A stretch of 34,508 nt of DNA from Microgenomates group bacterium GW2011_GWF2_47_9. GTDB lineage: Bacteria; Patescibacteriota; Microgenomatia; UBA1400; UBA12108. The translations under genes and the position numbers were made by a program. The notes beneath the pieces are model-generated. The model saw nothing but the letters and a program-made list of their open reading frames with translations, did not search any database and was not told the DNA's origin. Shown here one piece after another: positions 11,796 through 20,799 of this stretch (the first letter of the stretch is position 1; each line of letters begins with the position of its first letter). The stretch lies in contig LCPA01000004.1 of NCBI GenBank assembly GCA_001003385.1, positions 1-34,508 on the forward strand. The letters are read 5' to 3'.

Positions 11796-12913
11796 AGTAC
11801 AAAGTCTTAAATGAAATTGAAATATCCGGTTCCAACCTCACCCATAATTTCAATTATTTTTTAAGTCGTAACTCGGACCTTGCCATCGCCCCTGTCCTAA
11901 AGGCAAATGCATACGGCCACGGGCTCACAAATATTGCTCATTTTGTACAGACCCATCTCACCGTTCCCTTTATCTGCGTCGACTCTCTCTACGAAGCCTA
12001 TGAATTAATGAAATCAGGGATCAAATCCGAGATATTTATCATGGGCTACACAGATCCCACTAACTACGCAGTCTGGAAAAAACTCCCATTCATTTTCTCT
12101 GTTTGGGACAACGAAACCATCGAAGCTCTCAATCGTGACCAGCCAGGAGCAAGAATTCACATCAAACTCGATACCGGGATGTCGCGTCTCGGCCTTATGG
12201 AAGATGAGATCACAAAGTTCTTGGGCGTGCTTAAAAAATGTACGTCTCTTCGCGTTCAAGGCATCTATTCTCACCTTGCCTCCGCCGACGACCCAAATCA
12301 GGCAAGTGTCACAAACTCTCAAATCGCCTCATTCAAAAAAATGGTTCGGCTATTTGAGAGGGAGGGATATGACTTCAAATGGAAACACATTGCCTCCTCG
12401 GCCGGAGCCTCATACATAAACGATAACTACTTTAATCTAATCCGCCTGGGCCTAGGTTTCTATGGCTATACTCCTTTTAGTCCAAAGAGCAAAATTGGCC
12501 AAGCTCAAAAAAATAGTCTCAAGCCAGCCCTAACCTTAAGAAGTACGATAGCGGCCATAAAAAAACTAACAGCAGGCGACAGGGTCGGCTATGGTGGCAC
12601 ATATACAGCCAAGAACAATGAAGAAATTGTCATTCTCCCTTTGGGCTACAACGAAGGCTTGTCAAGAGACTTGTCAAACTCTGGGAGTGTCCTTATCAAA
12701 GATATTGCCTGCCCGATTGTCGGGAGAATTTGTATGAACATGACCACAGTCAAACTACCAAGGGCAATGGCGAGTCTAGGTGACAAAGTTATCGTTGTCA
12801 GCAATGACCCTGATGCGGCCTGTTCTATCTATCAAATTGCCGACAAACTAAACACTATTCCCTATACTGTGCTTACAGCTCTAAGTTCGACAATAAGAAG
12901 GAGGGTAATATGA
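11792..12913 (+). CDS. alr: Alanine racemase
   Basis: PLP lysine motif VLKANAYGHG, HIKLDTGMSRLG, SHLA, VGYG, GRICM. Confidence 0.95.
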   Translation: MKYKVLNEIEISGSNLTHNFNYFLSRNSDLAIAPVLKANAYGHGLTNIAHFVQTHLTVPFICVDSLYEAYELMKSGIKSEIFIMGYTDPTNYAVWKKLPFIFSVWDNETIEALNRDQPGARIHIKLDTGMSRLGLMEDEITKFLGVLKKCTSLRVQGIYSHLASADDPNQASVTNSQIASFKKMVRLFEREGYDFKWKHIASSAGASYINDNYFNLIRLGLGFYGYTPFSPKSKIGQAQKNSLKPALTLRSTIAAIKKLTAGDRVGYGGTYTAKNNEEIVILPLGYNEGLSRDLSNSGSVLIKDIACPIVGRICMNMTTVKLPRAMASLGDKVIVVSNDPDAACSIYQIADKLNTIPYTVLTALSSTIRRRVI

Positions 12914-14082
12914 AAACTTTGTGTGTAATCTTTGGTGGAATCAGTCCCGAAAATGAAGTGTCCATAATCACAGCCCTCCAAGCCATGCGGACGGCGGAAC
13001 AGACCTTTCACGTCATCGCGGTTTACGTAGATCAAAACGGGATCTGGTACACGGGCAATGAGTTAAAAAACATTTCATTCTACAAAAACATCGAGGAGGG
13101 TAAAGCTGGCCTAGCCGAGGTCACCCTCCAGAATCGTGATTCAAAGCATTATCTCGTTTCAAGGCCTGGTCTTTTCAGCCAAAAAATCCGCTTCGATTAT
13201 CTCCTACCGTGCTTTCACGGAGGTTTAGGCGAAGGAGGGTATATCCAATCAATCTGTGAATTCTACAATATTCCTCTCCTTTCTTCAGGCACAACCGGTG
13301 CGGCAATAGGCATGGACAAAGTGCTTATGAAACACAGTTTTCAAGTGGCCGGCCTTAAGCAAGCCAACTACAGCTGGATCACTCGACAAGCATGGCAAAA
13401 TAAAAAAGAGAGTGTGCTTGCCGATATCAAACGCCATCACAAACTCCCTCTCTTTGTCAAACCCTCGAGAGGTGGCTCGTCCATCGGGACTGTCAAGGTC
13501 AGTACTCACGCCAAACTTCACCAAGCCCTAGACCTTGCCGCCTCGCTCGACAGTCGCATTGTGATCGAAGACGGGATCGAGAACGCTCGAGAAATAAATG
13601 TCTCAATTCTTGGTAACGCTGGAGACAATCTCATGGCTTCGGTCTGTGAAGAAGTAGTCCACGAACCAGGGAAAGACTTTCTTGACTTCACGGAAAAATA
13701 CTTAGCTAGTGGCAAGTCACAAGGAATGGCCTCCACCAAGCGGATTATCCCCGCCAAAATCGACCAAAAATTAGCACTCAAAATTGCGGAACTCGGCAAA
13801 CAAATTTTCAACCTCCTAGACTGTTCTGGTCTCGTGCGAATTGACTTCCTTGTCAAAGGTGAGGATATCTACGTAATCGAAATCAACACCATTCCCGGTA
13901 GCCTCAGCTTCTATCTCTGGGAAAAGTCAGGCTTATCCTACCAAGAGTTAATCATCAAACTAGCAAGCTTAGCTCAGGAAAAATCAAACGAGAATAGAAG
14001 AACTATCAAGGAGTTTCCCTCAAAGATCCTTTCTAACTTTGAGTCGGCGCCAGGCGCAAAAAACAAGCTCAGGAATAGTTAG
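12910..14082 (+). CDS. ddl: D-alanine--D-alanine ligase
   Basis: FGGISPENEVS, HGGLGEGG, MDK, FVKP..GGSSIG, omega loop FLDFTEKY, RIDF, EINTIPGS. Confidence 0.95.
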   Translation: MKTLCVIFGGISPENEVSIITALQAMRTAEQTFHVIAVYVDQNGIWYTGNELKNISFYKNIEEGKAGLAEVTLQNRDSKHYLVSRPGLFSQKIRFDYLLPCFHGGLGEGGYIQSICEFYNIPLLSSGTTGAAIGMDKVLMKHSFQVAGLKQANYSWITRQAWQNKKESVLADIKRHHKLPLFVKPSRGGSSIGTVKVSTHAKLHQALDLAASLDSRIVIEDGIENAREINVSILGNAGDNLMASVCEEVVHEPGKDFLDFTEKYLASGKSQGMASTKRIIPAKIDQKLALKIAELGKQIFNLLDCSGLVRIDFLVKGEDIYVIEINTIPGSLSFYLWEKSGLSYQELIIKLASLAQEKSNENRRTIKEFPSKILSNFESAPGAKNKLRNS

Positions 14083-15397
14083 CAGTAACATCATTCTCGA
14101 TTAAAACGAGCGGCCTCTTCTTAAACTTTCTATGGCTCACTTCCCCGATAAAATCCAGCGTCTCATCGACTTTAACAATCTTGATTCTAGAACCAACTCC
14201 CTCTGATATATAAGTGGTGCGATCGCTCTCCCCAACCAATATGAGTAAATCTACCTTACCAACCAAATATTCACCTAACCTAAGATGAGCCGTTCTTGTC
14301 TTTTCACCAAGCTCAACAATCCCCGGTGTGACTAAAACTCTAGTTCTTGTCCGCTGTTTACCCAAGAAGGCAACCGACTCCTCAAAACTCTTCTCATTGC
14401 TACTATAGCTATTGTCAATTACTTGAAGATCCCCATACGCATGGCTGTACTCCATGCGGTGGGGTAGGGGAGTAATCCCCCCTAGGTTGTCAATCATCTG
14501 GCTCTCCTCAATCCCGATCGCAAGTGAAAGAGCCACAGCTCCCGCAATGTTCATAACATTCGACGACCCCAAGACAGGCAGGCTAACAAGGTACTCTTTA
14601 TCATTAATCCTGAACTTTCCTCGCGCGACGCCTACCTTATAATCAAATTCTTTGGTTGCGATATAACTTTGGTTACTCCCGTAGGTAAATTTTGTCTTGT
14701 ACTTGTCTGCCCTCGCCCTCACATTTTCATCTCCCACATTTAGGATCAAACTTCCCCCCGTTTGCTGAATGTACTCCGCCGTTTCAAACTTTGCCTCAAT
14801 CGTATTCTCTAGACTCCCAAATCTAGCCATATGTTGCGTTGTGATTCCCGTCAAGATGCCAAGATCAGGCTGAACCATCCTACAGAGCTTAGCAATATCT
14901 CCGCGCCCATAAGCTCCAATTTCACACAAGAAAACATCTGTCCGTGAATCAAGTTCTAAATCTACAACCCTTGAAATGCCAAGCACGGTATTGTAACTAT
15001 TTGGTGTTGAAACAACATTTTTACCCGCAAGGATTTGGCTTGCGTAATGCTTAACCGAGGTTTTGCCATAAGAGCCGGCAATGACAACTACCCTAAGACC
15101 ATATGACTTCAGTTTTCTTAATTTACTTCTGGTTTTCAAATACCAATACCTATCATAAAACGCTTTCGGCAAATTCAACAAGGCGCTCGTGAAGAGTACG
15201 GCATACCTGGCCCGTAACCCCAAGACCCTTAGACCCGTCGATAATATCAATGTAATCTTTGTTCTTTTTGTAGGCCTTGCCCTGCTTACGATTTGTTTAA
15301 CTGCCGCCGCGGTTCTTCGAACCTTCATATAGCGCGACAAATCGTACTGCTCAATCTGCAAAATCGCGATTTCCTGTCTTAATTCTTCTAAAATCAT
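14069..15397 (-). CDS. murF: Mur ligase, MurF-like (UDP-MurNAc-tripeptide--D-Ala-D-Ala ligase)
   Basis: P-loop AGSYGKTSVK, SYNT..G, EIGA, QH..RF, HRME, DNSYSSN, TPGIVELG. Next to ddl. Confidence 0.85.
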   Translation of the reverse strand: MILEELRQEIAILQIEQYDLSRYMKVRRTAAAVKQIVSRARPTKRTKITLILSTGLRVLGLRARYAVLFTSALLNLPKAFYDRYWYLKTRSKLRKLKSYGLRVVVIAGSYGKTSVKHYASQILAGKNVVSTPNSYNTVLGISRVVDLELDSRTDVFLCEIGAYGRGDIAKLCRMVQPDLGILTGITTQHMARFGSLENTIEAKFETAEYIQQTGGSLILNVGDENVRARADKYKTKFTYGSNQSYIATKEFDYKVGVARGKFRINDKEYLVSLPVLGSSNVMNIAGAVALSLAIGIEESQMIDNLGGITPLPHRMEYSHAYGDLQVIDNSYSSNEKSFEESVAFLGKQRTRTRVLVTPGIVELGEKTRTAHLRLGEYLVGKVDLLILVGESDRTTYISEGVGSRIKIVKVDETLDFIGEVSHRKFKKRPLVLIENDVTANYS

Positions 15398-16128
15398 TTT
15401 ATGAATTCCTTTATCTTTCGGACTACAAAATCAGGCTCACTAATATGCGGATCATGCTCGGAATTCCAAGCAATTCTTACGATAATGTCTCTGACAAATT
15501 TTCGATACACTTTAGTCAAATAAACAGGTAAAACATTGTCGTTATATCCCCATATAAGCAGGGTAGGGCACTTAATTAGTTTTATCGATCTTGCCAGATT
15601 GTGAGAGACAACTGCTCGATACAAATCCCGGTTTCCGGCAGAATTTCTATAATCCTCATCCATCAGTCGATGAGCGAATCTAGTTCTGATATACCTAGGC
15701 ACGAAGAAGAAAACTTTTGATAAGAAATATAGCCCAACTCGCTTGAACGAAAACACTTTCAATCCAGCTGGATCAATCAGGATTAGTTGTACTATCTTTA
15801 TCCTGGTGGGTCGTGAGGCAAGGACAGTCCCGATTCTCCCACCTAGCGAATGCCCGACCAGAATCACTTGTTTCAACCCCAGGTACTCAATCAATCTTTG
15901 AATAAGCAGGCTATACTCATAGATTGACCTAATCCCTCTTGGTTTTGTACTTCCACCAAATCCAGGACAATCAACTGCATAGACTTTTCGCTGGTCTGAA
16001 ATTTTTTTGGCCAAGTATGACCACTCCTCTTTACTCCGCCCCCATCCATGAAAAATCACTACCGGAGTTTTCTTTCCACTTCCATATTCATCTACTGCAT
16101 AAATACTTCCGTCAACTACTACTTGCAT
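15394..16128 (-). CDS. Alpha/beta-fold hydrolase
   Basis: HGWG oxyanion motif, DCPGFGGS, nucleophile GHSLG, WG.ND acid and a C-terminal His (EHDPH). ATG 16128 preferred over TTG 16161. Confidence 0.9.
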   Translation of the reverse strand: MQVVVDGSIYAVDEYGSGKKTPVVIFHGWGRSKEEWSYLAKKISDQRKVYAVDCPGFGGSTKPRGIRSIYEYSLLIQRLIEYLGLKQVILVGHSLGGRIGTVLASRPTRIKIVQLILIDPAGLKVFSFKRVGLYFLSKVFFFVPRYIRTRFAHRLMDEDYRNSAGNRDLYRAVVSHNLARSIKLIKCPTLLIWGYNDNVLPVYLTKVYRKFVRDIIVRIAWNSEHDPHISEPDFVVRKIKEFIK

Positions 16129-17509
16129 ATGGACGCTTTCCGCTAATTTCAACCCTGACAATGTTTGGCTTAATATTTCTCATTATTATCTTTAGATCAC
16201 ACTGTCTAGCGACATCCCTAACAATGGCCAGTCCCAAACCGTATCCTTTTTCGCCATACCCATACTCCTGGTATCTCCGCTCAAAAACTCGCTCCTTGTC
16301 CTGGAGAGTATGGGGCGCTGGGTTTTCGATCACGATCTTAAATCTTTGCTCCAATTCCTCATATCTAACCCTGATATAACCCGGGATTAGTGTGTACTTT
16401 GCCGCATTCTCAAGTAGATTTCGAAGAATTAATTCCAAATACCCCTCATAAATCACAAGCTCCGCGTCGTCTTGAATCTCAACCGTCACCGGGACCTTGC
16501 TGTCCAATCTTTTAACAAGTTCATTTACTTTCGCTTTCAGCTTGATCACTCGCACGCTTTCTTTGCTTTGGCTATTTATTGCAAGAGCAAGTAGAGCATC
16601 TACGTTCCTCCCGAGTCCCAAAATTTCCTGCACCAAGCCTTCTATTTTAGAGCTTACACTCTTGGAAGTTTTTAGTGCAATAACCTCTAGGCCACTCGCT
16701 ACTCGCGTCAATGGTGTTTTAAACTCATGAGAAATATTCTCACTAATCTCTCTCTGCCTAGCCAACACACTCCTTACTCTCTCCATCATCGAATTAAACG
16801 CGCTTGTCAAAACACGAGTATCGTTATCAAGGTAATCAGGGATTTCAATTCTTTTGGGCAAATTCTCGACATCCACCTGCTCCAGATACATGACCAAATG
16901 CTTTAACGGAGAGAGGGCCAATTCACTCGAACGGTAGGCCACAAAAACCGACACAATCCAGACTATTGGCAAAAGGACCATCATCGACATAACTATCGCT
17001 CTTAAGAGGATTGGCATCACATCATTAATCCGAGCAATCTGCATATAGCCGACTATCTGACTATCCGTATAAAGCGCGATACTATATGTATCAAACCTCC
17101 CATAGCGAGATAGCTCTACATCCCGGTAAATCCCTCTTTTATTCGCTAAACTCTCTCTATCGCCAACCAATATCTTCTCGATTTCCTCAGTCGATAAATC
17201 CCGGTACATCCCATACTTCACGAGCGGGCGAAAATCCTTGTCTTCGATGTACATCGCAATCTCATTGCCGCGCAGATAGGAAACCAAGGAGTCATCGCTC
17301 GATCGATCCTGTAGTTCTATGCTCCCATCCCGAACATTCAGGTATTCCGTCACAATTAGATTGGCGCTAGAAACTAATTTATTTTTAATTTGATGTTCAG
17401 TCTCAAAGAAAACTATTGCCCCAATTCCCACTCCCGCCAAGGTTGTAATGACCGTCGACAGCAGAACAACAATCCAGGTTAGCCTAGTTGATAACTTTAT
17501 TTTCCGCAT
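16112..17509 (-). CDS. Sensor histidine kinase (2 TM, HAMP, HisKA, HATPase)
   Basis: Two TM segments, HAMP-like LSPL..L....AFNSMMER, H-box SHEFKTPL, N-box NLLENAAKY, G2 GYGLGLAIV. G1 box is atypical. Confidence 0.92.
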   Translation of the reverse strand: MRKIKLSTRLTWIVVLLSTVITTLAGVGIGAIVFFETEHQIKNKLVSSANLIVTEYLNVRDGSIELQDRSSDDSLVSYLRGNEIAMYIEDKDFRPLVKYGMYRDLSTEEIEKILVGDRESLANKRGIYRDVELSRYGRFDTYSIALYTDSQIVGYMQIARINDVMPILLRAIVMSMMVLLPIVWIVSVFVAYRSSELALSPLKHLVMYLEQVDVENLPKRIEIPDYLDNDTRVLTSAFNSMMERVRSVLARQREISENISHEFKTPLTRVASGLEVIALKTSKSVSSKIEGLVQEILGLGRNVDALLALAINSQSKESVRVIKLKAKVNELVKRLDSKVPVTVEIQDDAELVIYEGYLELILRNLLENAAKYTLIPGYIRVRYEELEQRFKIVIENPAPHTLQDKERVFERRYQEYGYGEKGYGLGLAIVRDVARQCDLKIIMRNIKPNIVRVEISGKRPYASSS

Positions 17510-18171
17510 ACGACATATCCTTTCCCTCGCACAGTCCGGATCAATTTCTTATGGTAACCCTCATCGATTTTTTTCCTTAAATACCTAATGTGCACATCAA
17601 CGGTGTTTGAAAACAAATCCAGGCTTTCATCCCATACGTGTTCAATAAGCTCCATCCTATTTACTACTTTACATTGATTGATGCACAAATACTCTAGAAT
17701 CGAATACTCGCGTGGAGAAAGGGCAATCCTTATCTCGCCACGCTTTGCCAGCCTCAAATTTGTATCCAAAGTAAGATCTCCAATAGATAGGACCGGCGAC
17801 TCCGGGATTCTCTCTCCACGGCGAATTAGTGCTCTTATCCTAGCAATTAGCTCTTCAATATTAAACGGTTTTGACAAGTAGTCATCGGCTCCACTATTAA
17901 GTCCTTCGACAATATCCTGATGTTGGTTTCTCGATGTCAAAACCAGAATCGGGCTGTATATTCCCTTGGCCCGAATTTTAGGGATGAGTTCCACTCCTTC
18001 ACCATCGGGTAATCTCCTGTCAAGCACGATACAATCATATTGGTTAGTTTCGATCTTTGCGTCAGCCTCACCTAAATTACTGGCAATCTCCACCACAAAC
18101 GAACTCTTAGAAATGAGAGCCTTCAAATTTTTTGCGATCACCACATCATCCTCAACCAACAGGATTCTCAT
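17497..18171 (-). CDS. OmpR/PhoB-family response regulator
   Basis: LLVEDD, phospho-Asp VLDRRLPD, GADDYLSKPF, wHTH NTVDVHIRYLRKK..IRTVRGKGY. Confidence 0.95.
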   Translation of the reverse strand: MRILLVEDDVVIAKNLKALISKSSFVVEIASNLGEADAKIETNQYDCIVLDRRLPDGEGVELIPKIRAKGIYSPILVLTSRNQHQDIVEGLNSGADDYLSKPFNIEELIARIRALIRRGERIPESPVLSIGDLTLDTNLRLAKRGEIRIALSPREYSILEYLCINQCKVVNRMELIEHVWDESLDLFSNTVDVHIRYLRKKIDEGYHKKLIRTVRGKGYVVCGK

Positions 18172-18185
18172 ACGGCAATCATAGA

Positions 18186-18704
18186 TTAAATCCTGTATTT
18201 CTGCATCTGCCCCAAAATCTTCTGGTTATGTTTAGACCAAAATACTGCGCTCATATCGGTATTACATTGGAATATATCCCCGCCCGAGTGAGATTTACGT
18301 AAGCTCGTTATCTCATACTTCACCCCATCAATCATAATCACGCACCCTGTAGTGGTGGGTGGGGGCGTAGGGGTAGGAGGTGGGGTAGGGGTTTGAGTAG
18401 GAGGTGGGGTAGGGGTTTGAGTAGGAGTTGGAGTGGGGGGCGGTGTTGGTGTCAACGAGGGAGTCTGGGTCGGACTTGGAGTTGTGGGGGCAGGTTTATC
18501 CGCGCTAGGGGAGGGGAGGACTGATTGAGAAGGGGTCTCAGACGTATCGCTTGGCTCAATCTCCTGACTTAATGAACCTAGCTGACTCTCATTCATATCA
18601 CTACTTACAAGCAACTGTTGGCGAGGGGTCCCGAGCATTACTATTGTCCCTACCAAGACCGCGTTTACAATCGTCATTGTCACCATAGCTTTTAATAGTT
18701 TCAT
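18186..18704 (-). CDS. Membrane-anchored, Pro/Thr-stalked cytochrome b5-like protein
   Basis: N-terminal TM, PT-rich linker, and a C-terminal ~52-aa domain CVIMIDGVKYEIT...HSGG...CNTDMS..F...H. This matches the b5 pattern (C.I.I.G.VYD.T..HPGG..G.D.T..F...H) with two His ligands. Confidence 0.75.
   Translation of the reverse strand: MKLLKAMVTMTIVNAVLVGTIVMLGTPRQQLLVSSDMNESQLGSLSQEIEPSDTSETPSQSVLPSPSADKPAPTTPSPTQTPSLTPTPPPTPTPTQTPTPPPTQTPTPPPTPTPPPTTTGCVIMIDGVKYEITSLRKSHSGGDIFQCNTDMSAVFWSKHNQKILGQMQKYRI
18373..18427. repeat. 24-bp tandem repeat (GTAGGAGGTGGGGTAGGGGTTTGA, ~2.3 copies) encoding QTPTPPPT
   Basis: Exact copies at 18373-18396 and 18397-18420, plus a partial third. Confidence 0.85.
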
Positions 18705-19963
18705 TATTTGAATCCAAAATCTTCAAAAATAATTTGTTTTCTTTTTACTCCATGCCCTATCAATTGTCTCTCTAAACCCTTCATCATCATCTCTGGTCCA
18801 CATAGAAAGAAAAACTTGTTTTTCAGAGAATCAACATATTTGGCAATGACCGGAGCTGTCAATCTGCCCAGTTCACTTGTCCGATACGGAAACCATCTAA
18901 AATTAGGATGGAGGTAGCTATATGCTTCAAAAATTCCCGCTAGGATCTTGGGTGCCCGCTTACTCGTTGTATGAATCATTAGCACATTTTGCCCGCTAGT
19001 TAATTTTTTCATCATGCTCGCATACGGAGTAATCCCAATCCCACCCGCTATCCACACCATATCGTTCTTTCGAAAAGCCACCCTCCCAAATGTCCCATAT
19101 GGGCCTCTCACCGTTACTTTGGAACCTACAGAAAGTCTCATCATGGAAAGTGTAAAGTCTCCAATCACTTTAAGCCCAATCTTTATTCTCCCGTTCTCTT
19201 CATCCAACACCGAAAAAGGATGCTCATCTCTTTTTCGACCCGGCCTTTCTATTTCGAAAAAAGCATATTGGCCTGGTTCAAAATAGATTGGCTTTGTTTG
19301 AGCAGTTGGTACAAGCTCAGCCACTACCGCCTCATCCTCTTGTGTGATTCTTTCCAAGATGTAGTTATTTCTTGGCAAAAGTAGGTAGTATAGATACCGC
19401 TTATATATAAAGACTGAAACCGCCATCAAACTCCAAAATAATACCCATACCTTTAAAGGAAGAAACCTTGATACGTCAGATACAACCAAGATCCCATGGA
19501 GTGCTCCCAAGATTACCACCAAACCCATCCACTCATGTGTCTTTTTCCAGAACCAATAAGGCAAATCTACGTACAATGTCAATGAAAGCAAAATGAATAA
19601 TAAGTATAGCGCCAAGATCCCGAGAGTATAGGCCAAACTCACTCCGGGCACTAAATAGGTTGAAAGGGTGTTAGCAGGCAAAGAATCAATTATGAGAAAT
19701 AGGGGATGATTTACCAAAAAGATGAATGCACCTGCCCCCAAAATATGATGGATCTTATAAGCCTTATCGAGCCCTCCAAACAAACGCTCAAGTATCCTAT
19801 GACGTAAAGCCAAAATATATGTCCAAGAAAGCCCGATTAACCCTAGTAAACCGGTCAGCTGTGCCAGTCCCTGCCACAATCCAGTCCCAGGTACTGCTAA
19901 CTTTGCCTGAAAATAAAGCCACAAAGTTATCAGGATGGAAACGCCTATCATTGTCAATCCCAT
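18704..19963 (-). CDS. Ferric reductase/NOX-like transmembrane oxidoreductase (6-TM bis-heme + FAD + NAD(P)H domains)
   Basis: His pairs in TM3 (KIHH...NHP) and TM5 (KTHE...LHG), PGQY, FAD motif HPFS, GPYG, AGGIGITP, CGP, terminal EDF. Confidence 0.9.
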   Translation of the reverse strand: MGLTMIGVSILITLWLYFQAKLAVPGTGLWQGLAQLTGLLGLIGLSWTYILALRHRILERLFGGLDKAYKIHHILGAGAFIFLVNHPLFLIIDSLPANTLSTYLVPGVSLAYTLGILALYLLFILLSLTLYVDLPYWFWKKTHEWMGLVVILGALHGILVVSDVSRFLPLKVWVLFWSLMAVSVFIYKRYLYYLLLPRNNYILERITQEDEAVVAELVPTAQTKPIYFEPGQYAFFEIERPGRKRDEHPFSVLDEENGRIKIGLKVIGDFTLSMMRLSVGSKVTVRGPYGTFGRVAFRKNDMVWIAGGIGITPYASMMKKLTSGQNVLMIHTTSKRAPKILAGIFEAYSYLHPNFRWFPYRTSELGRLTAPVIAKYVDSLKNKFFFLCGPEMMMKGLERQLIGHGVKRKQIIFEDFGFK

Positions 19964-20314
19964 TTACCGATACCTCCCCACTACCTGATATTTCTTTTTA
20001 ATTATTTCTGCTCCAAACACATGGAGTGGTTGACTAGCATCCCGGCCTACCAAATAATGGTAGCTCTCTCCCGGACCATAATACATCTCACGACCCATAC
20101 TTACATCATACACAAGCCCGTCTAACGCCAGATAGATCGGTTTGTTGGGATCTGTTCCATCAAATCTCATTAGCGCCTCACTATCGTACTCAGGCAAGGG
20201 CTGGTCTATCGATTCATTTATCCTGGCTGGCCAATAATAGCGGGTAAGCAGGGCGGCCAACAGTATAGTGGCCGCCGTGATTACCAAGCCTGTGCGTGCG
20301 CGTTTGACCTTCAT
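19964..20314 (-). CDS. Cytochrome b5-like heme/steroid-binding protein of MAPR type
   Basis: N-terminal TM, then L..FDG.DP.KPIYLALDGLVYDVS.GR..YGPG.SYH.LVGRDAS, the PGRMC/MAPR signature with heme-ligand Tyr and no HPGG. Confidence 0.85.
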   Translation of the reverse strand: MKVKRARTGLVITAATILLAALLTRYYWPARINESIDQPLPEYDSEALMRFDGTDPNKPIYLALDGLVYDVSMGREMYYGPGESYHYLVGRDASQPLHVFGAEIIKKKYQVVGRYR

Positions 20315-20325
20315 TTGCCTAAACC

Positions 20326-20778
20326 TTAGTCTTCGTCCTCGTCATGCTCGTCTTCATCCTCATCCTCCCGATCCTCTTTTTCGTCCTCATCGTCTTCTTC
20401 GTCCTCATCTTCAAACTCGATCTCATCATCGTCATCGAAATCATCCCCCAAGTTAGGATTAATGCTAGCCGCGGGGAAACCACCATCCGGTAGGGTAGCG
20501 GAAATAGTGGGGGAGGGGAAGACAGTCGGATCGGGTGTAGAAATAGGCTCGTCGAGCACAATCTCGTCATCTACGATCTGACTAGAATTGGAAGGCGAAG
20601 GGACGCCCAAAGGAGAGGGTGCTGTCGACGGAGAAGGCGACGGCACAGTAATGGGTGGCACTTCATCTTCTACTGTCTCACTCCTTGCTAATACTTTGTA
20701 ACCGGCAACCCCACTCCCAGCCAATGTTCCACTCACCAAGAGTCCTGCAACTATTTTTTTGATAATTTCTAGGTCCAT
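20326..20778 (-). CDS. Membrane-anchored Pro/Ser-rich protein with extreme acidic C-terminus
   Basis: SD AAAGGAAG, N-terminal hydrophobic segment, PSPS linkers, ~39-aa D/E tail. First gene of a tightly packed operon. Confidence 0.7.
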   Translation of the reverse strand: MDLEIIKKIVAGLLVSGTLAGSGVAGYKVLARSETVEDEVPPITVPSPSPSTAPSPLGVPSPSNSSQIVDDEIVLDEPISTPDPTVFPSPTISATLPDGGFPAASINPNLGDDFDDDDEIEFEDEDEEDDEDEKEDREDEDEDEHDEDED

Positions 20779-20799
20779 ATCTTCCTTTCCGATATAAAT

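Noticed and set aside
11792-18171. van-like glycopeptide resistance cluster (TCS + ligase + racemase + murF)
   Set aside because: No VanH/VanX/VanY. The ligase keeps the omega-loop KY Tyr typical of D-Ala-D-Ala ligases, the racemase has no VanT membrane domain, and the TCS is tied to the redox genes.
18350-18520. G-quadruplex-like G tracts on the + strand
   Set aside because: A by-product of Pro/Thr codons on the minus strand.
20268-20570. Alternative ORFs 20319-20570(-) and 20268-20456(+)
   Set aside because: Shadow frames of the low-complexity acidic gene, which has the SD and a TM anchor.
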